The translations under genes were made by a program, and so were the position numbers. The notes below the pieces were generated by a model, which was not told where the DNA came from, did not search any database, and was given only the letters and a program-made list of their open reading frames with translations. DNA of 64,000 nucleotides from Candidatus Lokiarchaeum ossiferum. Its GTDB lineage: Archaea; Asgardarchaeota; Lokiarchaeia; Sigyniarchaeales; Promethearchaeaceae. The DNA lies in the NCBI GenBank assembly GCA_025839675.1, contig CP104013.1, positions 2,913,121 through 2,977,120 of the forward strand. Reading direction: 5' to 3'. Positions 8,442-19,540 of the stretch are shown in pieces. How positions within the stretch are numbered: position 1 is the first letter of the stretch; the number at the start of each line of letters is the position of its first letter.

Positions 8442-11403
8442 ATTGATCGGATGATAGGGGGAAAGACTTCTTATTAGAGAACAAAGTAAAATAATAATCT
8501 TGATCTTGAGGACATAATTTACTTCCCCCCCGTATTGTTGGTTCCCATGATAATATAGTAGTTATTAATTTTTGTGGGGCTTGATAGATAACACCAAGTA
8601 AAATATCACAAATATCCAGAATAATTTTAATTTCGGAAGAATTAAACCGATTATGGCTTGAATCAAAATTTAGAAACAAATTTTTCATCAAACAACTTGC
8701 AAGCTCATCAATTATTTGATTATACAAATCTAACTTCTCAATTAGATTATCAGGGAGGGGAAATGCTCTCCATATATCAGTATTCATATGGCGTCCATCG
8801 CTATAGATTCGATACCATGTATAAAAAAAGGAACTGTTGAATACAAGGAGAAGCCAATTTCTTAAATAAAGATTTGATACAAGAATATTGCTTGCTGCAA
8901 TTTGGGTTCCATAATAAGGAATTTGATCCCAAGCATTGTACCAGTAATTTCCAGATATTCGATACCATATAACTTCTCCTTTATTAATTTTAACTGGATC
9001 CAATTTTTGTTTCAAATCAACAGGTGCCCGTAATAGTATAGGAGCAGAAAGAATATCACCAAGTACCACATAACGACTGGTGTGAACAGAATTTTTGGAT
9101 GAACTATACGACTGGAATAAAAAAAGCATAGATTGAATTACAGGATCCCCACATTTCGGTAGACGGTGCTTCTGATTGAAAGATGTAGAAATTATTTTCC
9201 CTAACAAGAAATCATTGGCTTTTAGATAGGAAAGATGATCTAAGGAAGGTTTCTTTCTATACATTGAGGTGGTATAGACAGGATAAAAGTGATTAGAACT
9301 ATCTTTAGTATTCTTACAAGGATCAACTTTGAAAAGACCTTGAAGTAACGAAATCGATTGGGTCATCCCTTCAAAAAAACGACATTTATCCCGGTCAAAA
9401 GACGCAATCAATGAGACTTTATATGTTGAAGCAAGTTTTGCGCGAGTTTGTGAGAGATCTTTGCTAAAACAGAGGACATATGAAGTGATAAAATTCAGAA
9501 CTCCTTTTTCTCGATTCAAATTTAAGGCTCGTTCGATAAATACAGAAGAAATTTCTTTTGGGAAAGAAGCATATTGAGAAACGAAATGTTTTTCTTTGGG
9601 AGAAAGCAAATTTCCATAGGGAGGATTACCTAAAATGACATGAAATCCAGGAGAAACACTATAGTTATTGGAAAATGTATGGGATAAATTATTCGTCTTT
9701 CTGTTAGTTGAACTAGGTTGAGGAGGGCGAAGAAATATTTCCGGAAATTCTATCAACCAATGAAATAATTCTTGATTGTTTTCATCGGATTTGTTTTTTG
9801 AAGGAATATGATACAACAAATTGCATAAATTCTTTGTGTTATGGTATATTTCCTTATAGTATTTTTCAAGTAAAGAATAATGTTGTGTTCCCACTTCATT
9901 AAGTAAAATTAAGCGTGAATTTAAATTGAGATTTAGAATTTCCCTCATTTCGTCAATTAAATGTGAAATTTTTTCAACCTTGATTATTGAATAAGATTCT
10001 TCATTGCGATGATGAAGGTTAGGATATAACCGAAGAAATTCTTTAGCATATTTTTGGGATTTTAAGTTAATTTTATAAAGTTCTATTGCATTGCGAATAA
10101 TTTGTTTTAGAATCTTGGTAAAATCATCCATAATTAAAGAATTAAATGTGAATGAATCTTTCTCTTCAATTTTATTTTGAAGTTCTTCTATACTTAAAAT
10201 TCCTGTTAACGAATTTCCCCTTCTAATATTAAGCTTTACTGGAACGAGACCTTCGATTTTAACAAATTTGTACATTTTTGAAGAGATTAAAGTCATAAAA
10301 CACCTTAACTTTGCAATAATTACAGCTTCAGGGTTGATATCCACCCCGTAGATCTGTTTTGGAAGCAAAATGTTTAGGGATATAATAAATTGGAACTGTT
10401 TCAATGAGGGAAAATCGGTGAAATATGGCTGAAATAAGGATTGTGATAATAAAAACGACTTTACTTTTTCAGATGATTGAATCTTGGCAAGATTCCACCA
10501 AAATTCATAAATCTCTTGAAGCTTTTTAATAGCACCTATCAAAAAATGACCTGAACCCATGGCGGGATCTAGTATCCGAAGAGAGGTCAGAACATAATAG
10601 AGAGAAATAAGCCAATTTTCTTGTTCTTTGAAACTTAATGAATCGTATTCAATTTGAAGAAGCTGCAAAATTGAATGAGACATATTAAAAGGAAAAGGAT
10701 CTTGAACAATAGAGTTCTTAAAAATTTGATAAAATGATAATTGATGAAAAATAGCTTTTTTTGCTAAAAACTGAGTTATATTTTGGGGAGTGTAAAAAGC
10801 ACCGGTAGAAGCACGAGTTTTTTCAGACATAAGATGCTCATACAGAGCACCTATTGTATATTCAGTGATTTTCCCAATATTCGCTTCATATAATTGAAAA
10901 CAATTTACTAAGGGAAGTGTATCAGGAAGACTGGAAGCCAAACCACGCAAAGATCCAAATTTGATATTCTTGCTATTGAAATTTTCACAAAAATAGCCAT
11001 TGTCTCCAAAAGCATATTGAATAAAGCCTCCCCAATCATTATTGCGAATGTTCATTTGTAAAGGTTGAAAGGGGAAGAATTCTTGCCAATCGGCTTCAAT
11101 TTTATGCGAAACAAAAATAGAATTAAAAATGTGAGTTAAAATCGTGCAATATTGCATGTTAGGGGGGCTATGATTTGAAAGATATGCTTCCATTTTAGGA
11201 TCACAAGAAGAAGAGAGCTTAACCATCCATTGTGGGTGTGAAAAAAAACTTTCTTGATCCAAACGCCAAACCCACATCATTAATAAAATAAACTGATCGA
11301 TATTTTTTGAAGTAACTGAATAAAGAGCAAGCGATTGCAAATATTTTTTGGTCTTCTGAAAGAGAACTAAAAAAAAGCGGATAGAAGTAATTTTATTCTT
11401 CAA
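8401..11403 (-). CDS. gamma-class N6-adenine DNA methyltransferase-like protein (Eco57I/MmeI/PglX-like MTase core, large insertion, C-terminal TRD-like region)
   Basis: 1000 aa. Motif X 'GAFYTPQNITQFLAK', motif I 'LDPAMGSGHFLIGA' and motif IV 'VILGNPPYGNLL' are present, with about 320 aa inserted between motifs I and IV. A roughly 400-aa C-terminal region is TRD-like. No obvious PD-(D/E)xK nuclease motif was seen in the roughly 200-aa N-terminus. Confidence 0.75.
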   Translation of the reverse strand: MKNKITSIRFFLVLFQKTKKYLQSLALYSVTSKNIDQFILLMMWVWRLDQESFFSHPQWMVKLSSSCDPKMEAYLSNHSPPNMQYCTILTHIFNSIFVSHKIEADWQEFFPFQPLQMNIRNNDWGGFIQYAFGDNGYFCENFNSKNIKFGSLRGLASSLPDTLPLVNCFQLYEANIGKITEYTIGALYEHLMSEKTRASTGAFYTPQNITQFLAKKAIFHQLSFYQIFKNSIVQDPFPFNMSHSILQLLQIEYDSLSFKEQENWLISLYYVLTSLRILDPAMGSGHFLIGAIKKLQEIYEFWWNLAKIQSSEKVKSFLLSQSLFQPYFTDFPSLKQFQFIISLNILLPKQIYGVDINPEAVIIAKLRCFMTLISSKMYKFVKIEGLVPVKLNIRRGNSLTGILSIEELQNKIEEKDSFTFNSLIMDDFTKILKQIIRNAIELYKINLKSQKYAKEFLRLYPNLHHRNEESYSIIKVEKISHLIDEMREILNLNLNSRLILLNEVGTQHYSLLEKYYKEIYHNTKNLCNLLYHIPSKNKSDENNQELFHWLIEFPEIFLRPPQPSSTNRKTNNLSHTFSNNYSVSPGFHVILGNPPYGNLLSPKEKHFVSQYASFPKEISSVFIERALNLNREKGVLNFITSYVLCFSKDLSQTRAKLASTYKVSLIASFDRDKCRFFEGMTQSISLLQGLFKVDPCKNTKDSSNHFYPVYTTSMYRKKPSLDHLSYLKANDFLLGKIISTSFNQKHRLPKCGDPVIQSMLFLFQSYSSSKNSVHTSRYVVLGDILSAPILLRAPVDLKQKLDPVKINKGEVIWYRISGNYWYNAWDQIPYYGTQIAASNILVSNLYLRNWLLLVFNSSFFYTWYRIYSDGRHMNTDIWRAFPLPDNLIEKLDLYNQIIDELASCLMKNLFLNFDSSHNRFNSSEIKIILDICDILLGVIYQAPQKLITTILSWEPTIRGGSKLCPQDQDYYFTLFSNKKSFPLSSDQFAKFKETLGRNLS

Positions 11404-12244
11404 TTTCTTTCAATTCAACAATAGTTTTATCACGTAATATGGTAGGCTTTGCAGATAATCGCATTTCATCAAGACTGAGTTGTTGTTTAGTGTTTTGCAC
11501 AGTATGCTTTAATATCACGCGAATATTAATTCCAATTGCTGCGGTTGAACTTATCCAGGCAATGCACATCCACATTACAAATAGCATAATTTGTAATCGA
11601 GGGATCAAATAAGGATCAGTATACCCAGAATCTAAGCTGAAAATTGCGATTCCTTTTTGAAGATAAAAGAAAACTCCAAGAATAATTCCTTCACTTACAA
11701 CCGCACAGATGATCAAGAAAATTCTTCGAGTGATGAGGGAATTAAGTGCATAAACACCTCCAATTCCAATTGTTATCCATGCAAAAATGATAGAAAGGGC
11801 AAAATTTTCTTCAAAAACTTCATGCGACGGCATTAATATATTATTCTCTATAGTCCAGCCAATAACGCGAAAGCTGTTGATGAGAATTAATAAGAAAGAA
11901 AGAGAATAAAGTAACCCTAAAATCATAAGAAAATTCATGGATATAGTGCGATCTTCCTTAAATCGAGATGCATCAATATTTTCTCCTAAAAGAAGATCAA
12001 TTTCTGCTTGAATTTTTAAAGGAATGGCATCAGAAAGAATTTCTAAGGAGTAGGAAGGAAATTTGTTTAAAATATCTTGACTGCTTTGGAGACCTTGTTC
12101 TCGTTCCTCTGCTTTGCATTTCGATCCAGAATAAAAATAAACTTTACGTTGGTCATTTTCGATAAGCAATGCGACATCATGAGGGAATAAATCTTCCGCT
12201 TCAATCCAGTCTTGCTTTGCGTGATCATAGATATAAACAAACAT
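11393..12244 (-). CDS. membrane protein with soluble N-terminal domain (unknown function)
   Basis: 283 aa. An N-terminal roughly 110-aa soluble region is followed by 5-6 predicted TM helices. It overlaps the start of the MTase-like gene by 11 nt (translational coupling). Confidence 0.55.
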   Translation of the reverse strand: MFVYIYDHAKQDWIEAEDLFPHDVALLIENDQRKVYFYSGSKCKAEEREQGLQSSQDILNKFPSYSLEILSDAIPLKIQAEIDLLLGENIDASRFKEDRTISMNFLMILGLLYSLSFLLILINSFRVIGWTIENNILMPSHEVFEENFALSIIFAWITIGIGGVYALNSLITRRIFLIICAVVSEGIILGVFFYLQKGIAIFSLDSGYTDPYLIPRLQIMLFVMWMCIAWISSTAAIGINIRVILKHTVQNTKQQLSLDEMRLSAKPTILRDKTIVELKEIEE

Positions 12245-12321
12245 TATACTAATATTATTGCTTCAGTTAATAAAAAATTTGATCACTGAAAATTAAATTC
12301 AAAGAGTAAATAAAAAACAAA

Positions 12322-13224
12322 CTACAAGGATGATTTGATCTGTTTTGCTCGAGTTCGTAAAGTTACTTCAGTTATTCGCGCAGTATCGGCAATTTCAGTC
12401 TGTGTTTTTCGTTCAACTGTTGGTTTAGCGGCCAGATACAATGCTGCTGCCGCCAATCCTTTAGGGTCTTTTCCCATCTTTTGAAGGCCATGTTTAAGTG
12501 CTAAGCGAAGTAAATCTGAAGCCTTTTTTTGAATACTTACGGAAATATTAAGATCATTTCCAAATCGGAATACAAGGGGTTCTGGGGAAACTGGTCGATA
12601 TTTCATATTCAGAACTGGAAGCACATTCCGTACAACTAAACCTAATGATCTGTGAACCCCTCTTAAAGGAAGCATTGCAACATCCACAATTTCTTCTAAT
12701 AAACGTGGAAAGTTATGAATTCGAATTGCGGCATAAGTAGAAGCAGCAACAAAAGAATCTATTGACCGTCCCATTGTTAATTTTTGTTTGGCGACTTCAG
12801 AGTAGATCTTCCACGCAGTTTCTAAGATATGATCGGGAATATTAAGCTTTTTAGCTAATTGATTAATTTTTGGTCGTGCTTCCCAGAAATTTCGTTCAAG
12901 GGAATTTACTAACGATCCTTGAATTTTGGAGAGCCTGTTGAACATTGATTTCTGCTTCCCGACTAAAGCTTGTCCTTTGGAATCAGAACTATTCACACCA
13001 ATTACTGTTCGTGGACCATAATTTCTCCAACGAGGTTCGGTTCGCCGACGATTTTTAACTTCATCGGCTGTATAAGCCCGTTTTTCAGCAGAAACATAAG
13101 CACGTCCTAAAACTAAACCACAGTTAGTGCACACACGCATACCTTCATTATTGACAAGTATTTCAGGAGTAGGGCAGCATTGTTCATCTTCATAATCTTT
13201 TTCATAAAATCTTGGAATGGCCAT
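12322..13224 (-). CDS. tfb: transcription initiation factor TFB (TFIIB homolog)
   Basis: 300 aa. N-terminal Zn ribbon 'CCPTPEILVNNEGMRVCTNCGLV', followed by two cyclin-like repeats. Confidence 0.85.
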   Translation of the reverse strand: MAIPRFYEKDYEDEQCCPTPEILVNNEGMRVCTNCGLVLGRAYVSAEKRAYTADEVKNRRRTEPRWRNYGPRTVIGVNSSDSKGQALVGKQKSMFNRLSKIQGSLVNSLERNFWEARPKINQLAKKLNIPDHILETAWKIYSEVAKQKLTMGRSIDSFVAASTYAAIRIHNFPRLLEEIVDVAMLPLRGVHRSLGLVVRNVLPVLNMKYRPVSPEPLVFRFGNDLNISVSIQKKASDLLRLALKHGLQKMGKDPKGLAAAALYLAAKPTVERKTQTEIADTARITEVTLRTRAKQIKSSL

Positions 13225-13652
13225 AGTGAATCAGTTGTTTTGATTGTTTAGTAATTGATAATTATTAATAGAAATTTGCCCATTATAGTCCCACAGAACT
13301 GTAATTTTTAGTTATTTCTATATATTTTGTAGTCATACACATATTAATCTGTTCGCATTATAAAAATTTCAAGGCTTCCAACACAGAATTCAACACCCAA
13401 AACCAATAAAAATCGATTCACCATTTTCTAGAAATTCAAGAAATTAGTTGTCAATGGAATAATTCCAATTCTCTAATGAATTAACACAAATGTCAAAGCT
13501 AAAAGCTAATTTAATCGGAATTTTTCCAAAAAAAGACAAAAGTATTGGAAATAAAAGCAAAAAAAGACAAACATTCATTTTTGTAATAATTTCTTTATAT
13601 ACAACTTCAATCGTTTAAATAGAAATTATAAAATAAAAATAAAAAAAAGAGA

Positions 13653-15119
13653 TTATCCCTTAGTTACTCCAATTGGAACTAAACGTGCCACTTTCTTCAC
13701 GATTCCTAAATTATGAGATACACCAACAACTTCATCAATGTTTTTGTAAGCAAGAGGAGCTTCTTCCGCGAGCACTTTCAAGGATGCGGCTCTAACAGAT
13801 ATTCCTCGATCATTTAATTCTTGTTTGATATTTTTACCAAAGAATTTGCGTTTTGCTTTGGATCGACTCATTTCTCGTCCTCCACCATGTGCTGTTGACG
13901 CAAAACTGAGATCCATTGCTTTTTGTTGACCCACACATAAGTAAGATGAAGTCCCCATAGAACCAGGAATTAAAACGGGTTGACCAATTTCACGATAATT
14001 TAAAGGTACATCCTTATGACCGGGTGGAAATGCGCGAGTAGCACCTTTTCGGTGAACATTTACCATTCCCCGTTTTCCATCTCCAAGATCATGTTCTTCT
14101 TGTTTCAAAATATTATGGGCTAAACCATAAACTAATTCCATATCCTCTGGTTTCACGTTTAAAACGTTATTAAATGCCCCACGAGCCCAATGCATGATTA
14201 TATGACGATTGGTCCAAGCAAAATTAGCCGCAGCGCGCATTTGAGCTAAATATCTATCAGCTTCTTTAGTTCCAGATATTACATAACCAAGTTCTCGATC
14301 AGGAGCAATAATTCCCTCCCGATGCATCAAATGATCAATTTCTTGCAAAGAATCGGTACAAATCTGGTGACCCATGGCCCGACTTCCGGTATGAATCATA
14401 ACGGTGACTTGATCTTTCTCAATACCCATAATTTTTGCTGCAACGGGATCCAGTATTTCAGCCACTTTTTGAATTTCAATAAAATGATTACCCGATCCTA
14501 AAGAACCTAATTGTCGAATTCCTCGGGCTTTTGCTTTTGCTGAGACTATTGAACTATCAGCACCTTGGGTAAACCCATTATCTTCACAATTCACACGATC
14601 TTTCTCGAATCCATACCCATTATCAATTGCCCAATTTATCCCTTCATCCAGAACTCTATCGAGATCCGTATTTGTAATTTTCAACTTTCCACGAGAACCC
14701 AATCCACTTGGAATCGCTTGAAATAAGGCTTCTGTCAATTCAGGAAGTACTGGAGCAACTTCAGCATATTTTAGGGGTGTTCGTAATAGCCGAACCCCGC
14801 AATTAATATCATACCCCACTCCCCCTGGTGAAATAGCCCCCCCTTCAACATCGGTCGCAGCCACCCCCCCTATACAAAACCCATACCCTTGATGGGCATC
14901 GGACATCGCAATCACTTGTTTTCGAATTCCAGGTAAGCACGCTACATTCGTAATTTGGTCAACACTTTTATCTCGTGCAATTCGTTCCATTAAATATTCG
15001 TTAGCATATATACGAGCCGGCACAGCCATTGTAAAATTCATAATGGTTTCATTAAACTTTACAACTTTCATTTCCGGGGAAACCTCATAGATGCCCTCAT
15101 CAACACGTCTTGGAATCAT
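13653..15119 (-). CDS. rtcB: RtcB RNA-splicing ligase (tRNA ligase)
   Basis: 488 aa. 'GGVGYDINCGVRLL' and 'GSGNHFIEIQ' are the canonical RtcB metal-binding motifs. There is no intein. Confidence 0.9.
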   Translation of the reverse strand: MIPRRVDEGIYEVSPEMKVVKFNETIMNFTMAVPARIYANEYLMERIARDKSVDQITNVACLPGIRKQVIAMSDAHQGYGFCIGGVAATDVEGGAISPGGVGYDINCGVRLLRTPLKYAEVAPVLPELTEALFQAIPSGLGSRGKLKITNTDLDRVLDEGINWAIDNGYGFEKDRVNCEDNGFTQGADSSIVSAKAKARGIRQLGSLGSGNHFIEIQKVAEILDPVAAKIMGIEKDQVTVMIHTGSRAMGHQICTDSLQEIDHLMHREGIIAPDRELGYVISGTKEADRYLAQMRAAANFAWTNRHIIMHWARGAFNNVLNVKPEDMELVYGLAHNILKQEEHDLGDGKRGMVNVHRKGATRAFPPGHKDVPLNYREIGQPVLIPGSMGTSSYLCVGQQKAMDLSFASTAHGGGREMSRSKAKRKFFGKNIKQELNDRGISVRAASLKVLAEEAPLAYKNIDEVVGVSHNLGIVKKVARLVPIGVTKG

Positions 15120-15528
15120 TTGTTTAATCTCTCCTTTAAATTTCTTAGATTTACAAGATACTTATATTAAAATGAGAAGCACGCAGTTTTATCTGCATTC
15201 CCAAGAGAATAGTCCATTCAACCCAATAGTACACCATCTATCGCAAAAATGTACTAGCATTTTGAACATGTTTATAGCAAACATCATCCAAAGGTAAGGT
15301 TTTTGAATCACCCATTCTATATTCAAACGTAAAGGACCTTTTTGGCCCCTACATTCAAGTTTAAGTCGGAAATCTACTCATGTTTTCTCAGTTTTCTTGC
15401 AAATGAATATTATAGATAAGCTATTTTTACGTTTTAAACTTGAGGTTGTTTTTTATAAGGAATTTTTTTCATCTTTATCGATAAAAAAAATAAGGTCTTA
15501 AAGACGATCATGCATTAACCTACATACG

Positions 15529-17007
15529 ATGACAAAACTACCATTCGTAGAATCTAGTGATGAAGAAGAGAATAAATCATCTTTAGAAAAAAAATTAGCT
15601 ACCAAATATGAATTTGGTTGGGATATATTTACGGATAATCAAAAAAAAGAAGTTTTTTCACTTGCAGAAGATTATCTCGAATTTTTACGCGCGGCTCGTA
15701 CGGAAAGAGAACGGACCATTTGGACATCAAAATATGTCGAGGAACGCGGTTTCAAACGGCTAGAAATTGGGAAGAACGTATCAGTTTTAAATCCTGGAGA
15801 TAAAGTTTATTACGTCAATCGATTTAAGAATGTCGCAATAGCAGTTATTGGACAAAAATCGATGCTAGAAAAAACACATATCATTGGATCTCACATTGAT
15901 ACCCCTCGTATGGACTTAAAAATGCGCCCGCTTTATGAAGATGGAAAGGCGAGTGTTGCAATGTTAAAAACACACTATTACGGAGGTTTAAAGAAATATC
16001 AATGGGCGTGTATTCCACTACATATGACTGGAATTATAGTAAAGCGTGATGGAACCAAGATAAATGTTGAAATTGGCAAAGATCCAAAAGATCCGGTATT
16101 TGTTATTCCTGATATTCTCCCCCATCTAATGGCAAACGTTCAAGCAAAAAGAACCACAACAACTGTCATTAAAGGTGAAGAACTAAATCTTTTGGCAGGT
16201 GGTTTCCCCATCAGTAAAGAAGAGGATAAGAAAGCCAAAAACCGATTTAAATTATATATTTTAAAATTATTAAATGAAAAATATGACATCATTGAAGAAG
16301 ATCTCCAATCCGCTGAGTTGAACATTGTTTCAGGATTAGATCCTCGTTATGTTGGTTTCGATAAGAGCATGATAGGAGCTGCAGGTCATGATGATGGAGT
16401 CTGCACTTGGACGGGTATTCGCGCATTAGTTGATCTTAAGGAAACCCCAAAAAACACTGCTGTTATGTCTATTTTTGATAAGGAAGAAATAGGAAGTAAT
16501 GGTAATACAGGAGCTCAATCTGCTTGGATTCGATTTGTGATGAATGATCTTATGGTCCGAACTGGCATTCCAGAATCACTTACAAACATGCATTTAACTC
16601 TGTCCAATTCTATGATGCTTTCTGCAGATGTTGGAGCAGCCATCAACCCAATATTCCCAACAGTTCATGATCCACTCAACGCAGCGATTTTGGGAAAAGG
16701 AGTTGTAGTTGAAAAGCATACTGGTGCCCGAGGGAAAAGCTCTTCTTCCGATGTACTTGCGGAAGTAATGGCATATCTCAGGAATATATTTGATGAAGGC
16801 AAGATCCCTTACCAAGTAGTTGAATTAGGAGCTGTAGATGAGGGCGGCGGGGGAACTATTGCAAAATTCTTTGCCGAAAGTTTCAATTGTGATGTTGTAG
16901 ACGTTGGTACACCTGTTATTGGGATGCACAGCCCATATGAAATTGTTCACGTTGCAGATCTGTATGCGACTTATCTCGCCTATAAAGTCTTTTATGAAGC
17001 TAAATAA
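15529..17007 (+). CDS. M18-family (aspartyl/DAP-type) aminopeptidase
   Basis: 492 aa. 'IGSHIDTPRMDLK', 'AGHDDGVC' and 'GMHSPYE' (metal-ligand His near the C-terminus) fit the M18/M42 aminopeptidase fold. Confidence 0.7.
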   Translation: MTKLPFVESSDEEENKSSLEKKLATKYEFGWDIFTDNQKKEVFSLAEDYLEFLRAARTERERTIWTSKYVEERGFKRLEIGKNVSVLNPGDKVYYVNRFKNVAIAVIGQKSMLEKTHIIGSHIDTPRMDLKMRPLYEDGKASVAMLKTHYYGGLKKYQWACIPLHMTGIIVKRDGTKINVEIGKDPKDPVFVIPDILPHLMANVQAKRTTTTVIKGEELNLLAGGFPISKEEDKKAKNRFKLYILKLLNEKYDIIEEDLQSAELNIVSGLDPRYVGFDKSMIGAAGHDDGVCTWTGIRALVDLKETPKNTAVMSIFDKEEIGSNGNTGAQSAWIRFVMNDLMVRTGIPESLTNMHLTLSNSMMLSADVGAAINPIFPTVHDPLNAAILGKGVVVEKHTGARGKSSSSDVLAEVMAYLRNIFDEGKIPYQVVELGAVDEGGGGTIAKFFAESFNCDVVDVGTPVIGMHSPYEIVHVADLYATYLAYKVFYEAK

Positions 17008-17130
17008 ATATGATGAAATTTATTACCTTTTTTTTTATCTTAATTGGTCATGGTGTTTATATAATTGCAAAACTGGACAGTTGCATCTCATTTTTTTGTA
17101 AAAATTTTGAAAAAAAAGTATGACAAACAT

Positions 17131-19224
17131 CTACAAGTTTTTCACTTCATTGAAGAGTTGATCAGAAGCGGCCTTTAATTCTTCTGCACCAGCACTTAAT
17201 TCTTCTAGGGTAGCAGCCATTTCTTCTGTGGAGGATGAAACTTCTTCTGTAATAGAGGAATTTTGTTCCACAACAGCGTTTATTTTTTCTACATTCTTAG
17301 CAATATCCTTGATATGAGTATCTTCATTTTCAATATTTGATGCAGATTCGGTGATTCCAACATCTGTTTGTACAATAACATCAAAGAGTGATTTAAGTTG
17401 ACTTCGAGTTTCTTGAATTGCAGTTATTCCAGCCTCAACAGATTGAGATGTAGCGGTTGTATTACCCACAGCTTCGCTAATACCATCTAAAATAATTTTA
17501 ATCAACTCATTAATTTGATCTGCAGCTTGCTTCGAATCTTCAGCGAGTTTACGCACTTGTTCCGCCACTACAGCAAACCCCTTCCCAGCATCACCAGCAC
17601 GGGCCGCTTCAATTGCAGCGTTAAGAGCGAGTAAATTTGTTTCTGTTGCAATTCCTGAAATTACATCAACAATTTTATTAATTGCCTGACTTTTTTCGGA
17701 TAGCTCATTCATTACCATATTCACTTTACTGGCATTTTTACTGATGTCGTCCATTTTTTCATTGATATTATCGGTCAATCGTTCACTTTCACGGGCCATC
17801 TCTTTACCATTCCGCGAAAGATCAACAACATGGCTAATTTTTCCAACAACTTCGGAGCTTAATATTTGAATTTGCTCAACCGCAGAGAGAATGTCATTCA
17901 AAGTTTGCGTCTGTACCTGAGCACCATTTGCGACTTCTTGAGAACCGGAAGTGATTTCTTGAACAGAAATATTGATTTGACCTGTCGAATCAGCAATTTG
18001 AGAGGCCATGCTGTTTACTTCTTCGGCAATCACTTTTACAGAAGATGAAAATCCTTTTTTGGCAGTAATATCTTGGAATTGTTGAAGAGAATATTGTAGA
18101 TCACCACCTTCATTAAACAACGAAAATGTATAAACATCAAGATAGACTTTCTTATTGGTTTTAGGATTAAGAAATATGTAGCTATCTTCAATAATTTTCT
18201 TGGTTTTTACTGCTTGCGCAATTAAAGTTTCGTTTTGACTTTGTATTTTTTCTTGGAATACTTCATAACTGATTTTGCCTATAATTTCATTTTGGGATAA
18301 TCCAAATATTCTAATTAGGGAATTATTTATCCGTTCAATCTCAAATCGAGGATTTATAACTGCCATAGGGGTAGGCATTTTATCAATGATTCCATTTATA
18401 ATTTGCATTTCTTCTTTGATTTTGGTAACCATCAGAGAAAAGGAATGGGATAAATCTCCGAATTCATCATCAGATTGAGTTTCAATTTGTACCGTATAAT
18501 TACCTTCCGCCACTTTCGTACTACCTTTGGATAAGATTTTGAGTGGCTTTACAATGACATAGTTGCTACTTACCACAAGTAAACCAGTTCCGAGGATTGC
18601 CACAATTACCGTAATCAATATCGAGGTATTTATTTGAGCTTGGACAATGTCATCTACATCATTAATATAAATTCCTGTCCCCACGATCCACCCCCAAGCA
18701 TCTAATTTACGAACATATGACTTTTTAGGTTCAATTCGATTTTCATCACTATAGTATTTCCATTCATAATCAACAAATCCATCTTTATCGGTTTCCTCAC
18801 ATGTTTGCATCATTTCAACGAATAAATGCTTCCCATTAGGATCAACATTTCCAGATATATCAGTACCATCAAGATGGGGGGAATTTGGATGCATGACCAT
18901 ATAAGGTGTATTATCAATTGTTTCCTGAATCCAAAAATAATCGAGAAGATCGGATCCATAACGATAATTTTTTATCATCTCTTTTGCAGTATTTTTTGCT
19001 TCAATTTCAGTGATATTACCATCAGTGAAATAATTATAGTATTGCAATATAGAGGATTCCGCCAAGTCCACCATGCTTTTCAAGTTATTTTCCTTTTCAA
19101 GATACATATTGCTTCGTGTTTGAATTGAAGTAGATAGTACAGTTGCCACAGAAAACAACACAATTGGAACAAGTCCAATGGCTAAAATTTTTATCCGAAT
19201 AGATATTCTTACACTTTTATTCAT
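17131..19224 (-). CDS. methyl-accepting chemotaxis protein (dCache sensor-TM-HAMP-PAS-MCP signalling domain)
   Basis: 697 aa. N-terminal TM, a roughly 170-aa extracytoplasmic Cache-like region and a second TM, then the highly conserved MCP signalling hairpin '[32 protein letters not shown]'. Confidence 0.85.
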   Translation of the reverse strand: MNKSVRISIRIKILAIGLVPIVLFSVATVLSTSIQTRSNMYLEKENNLKSMVDLAESSILQYYNYFTDGNITEIEAKNTAKEMIKNYRYGSDLLDYFWIQETIDNTPYMVMHPNSPHLDGTDISGNVDPNGKHLFVEMMQTCEETDKDGFVDYEWKYYSDENRIEPKKSYVRKLDAWGWIVGTGIYINDVDDIVQAQINTSILITVIVAILGTGLLVVSSNYVIVKPLKILSKGSTKVAEGNYTVQIETQSDDEFGDLSHSFSLMVTKIKEEMQIINGIIDKMPTPMAVINPRFEIERINNSLIRIFGLSQNEIIGKISYEVFQEKIQSQNETLIAQAVKTKKIIEDSYIFLNPKTNKKVYLDVYTFSLFNEGGDLQYSLQQFQDITAKKGFSSSVKVIAEEVNSMASQIADSTGQINISVQEITSGSQEVANGAQVQTQTLNDILSAVEQIQILSSEVVGKISHVVDLSRNGKEMARESERLTDNINEKMDDISKNASKVNMVMNELSEKSQAINKIVDVISGIATETNLLALNAAIEAARAGDAGKGFAVVAEQVRKLAEDSKQAADQINELIKIILDGISEAVGNTTATSQSVEAGITAIQETRSQLKSLFDVIVQTDVGITESASNIENEDTHIKDIAKNVEKINAVVEQNSSITEEVSSSTEEMAATLEELSAGAEELKAASDQLFNEVKNL

Positions 19225-19437
19225 TATATAAAGGCACCTCTACTGAATTGATTCGATAGAAATTGAACAACTCCAATAAAAAATAATAGTTCTGTTTCTG
19301 AATAAAGTTGTACAGTTATGTAACACAAAACCCAATTAGCACCTTTAAAACCTTCCATTGAAAGATGATTTTTTTAAATTAGCGAAACATAAATTTTTAA
19401 TTTTTTAAAATACTGATTTAGCTACAAAGAATTTTTT

Positions 19438-19510
19438 GCCAGTGTGGCTTAGCGGCTATAGCGCTTGATTCGTAATCAAGATGCCGGGGGTTCAAATCCC
19501 CCCATTGGCT
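19438..19510 (+). tRNA. tRNA-Thr (anticodon CGU)
   Basis: Hand-folded cloverleaf. Acceptor GCCAGTG / CATTGGC (one G-U pair), anticodon stem CTTGA/TCAAG with loop TTCGTAA (anticodon CGT), T-arm GGGGG-TTCAAAT-CCCCC. CCA is not encoded. Confidence 0.75.
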
Positions 19511-19540
19511 CCCTTTTCAGGTTTGGAGCAGAGATTATAT

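Noticed and set aside
8401-11403. The 1000-aa MTase-like protein as a BREX PglX
   Set aside because: The motif set fits (YTP, FxGxG, NPPY), but no other BREX genes (BrxA/B/C, PglZ, BrxL) occur within 8 kb on either side. It is kept as an unclassified gamma-class MTase-like protein.
13653-15119. Intein in RtcB or PolD DP2, as often found in archaea
   Set aside because: Both proteins have normal lengths (488 and 1224 aa) with contiguous conserved motifs and no Hint/HEN block.
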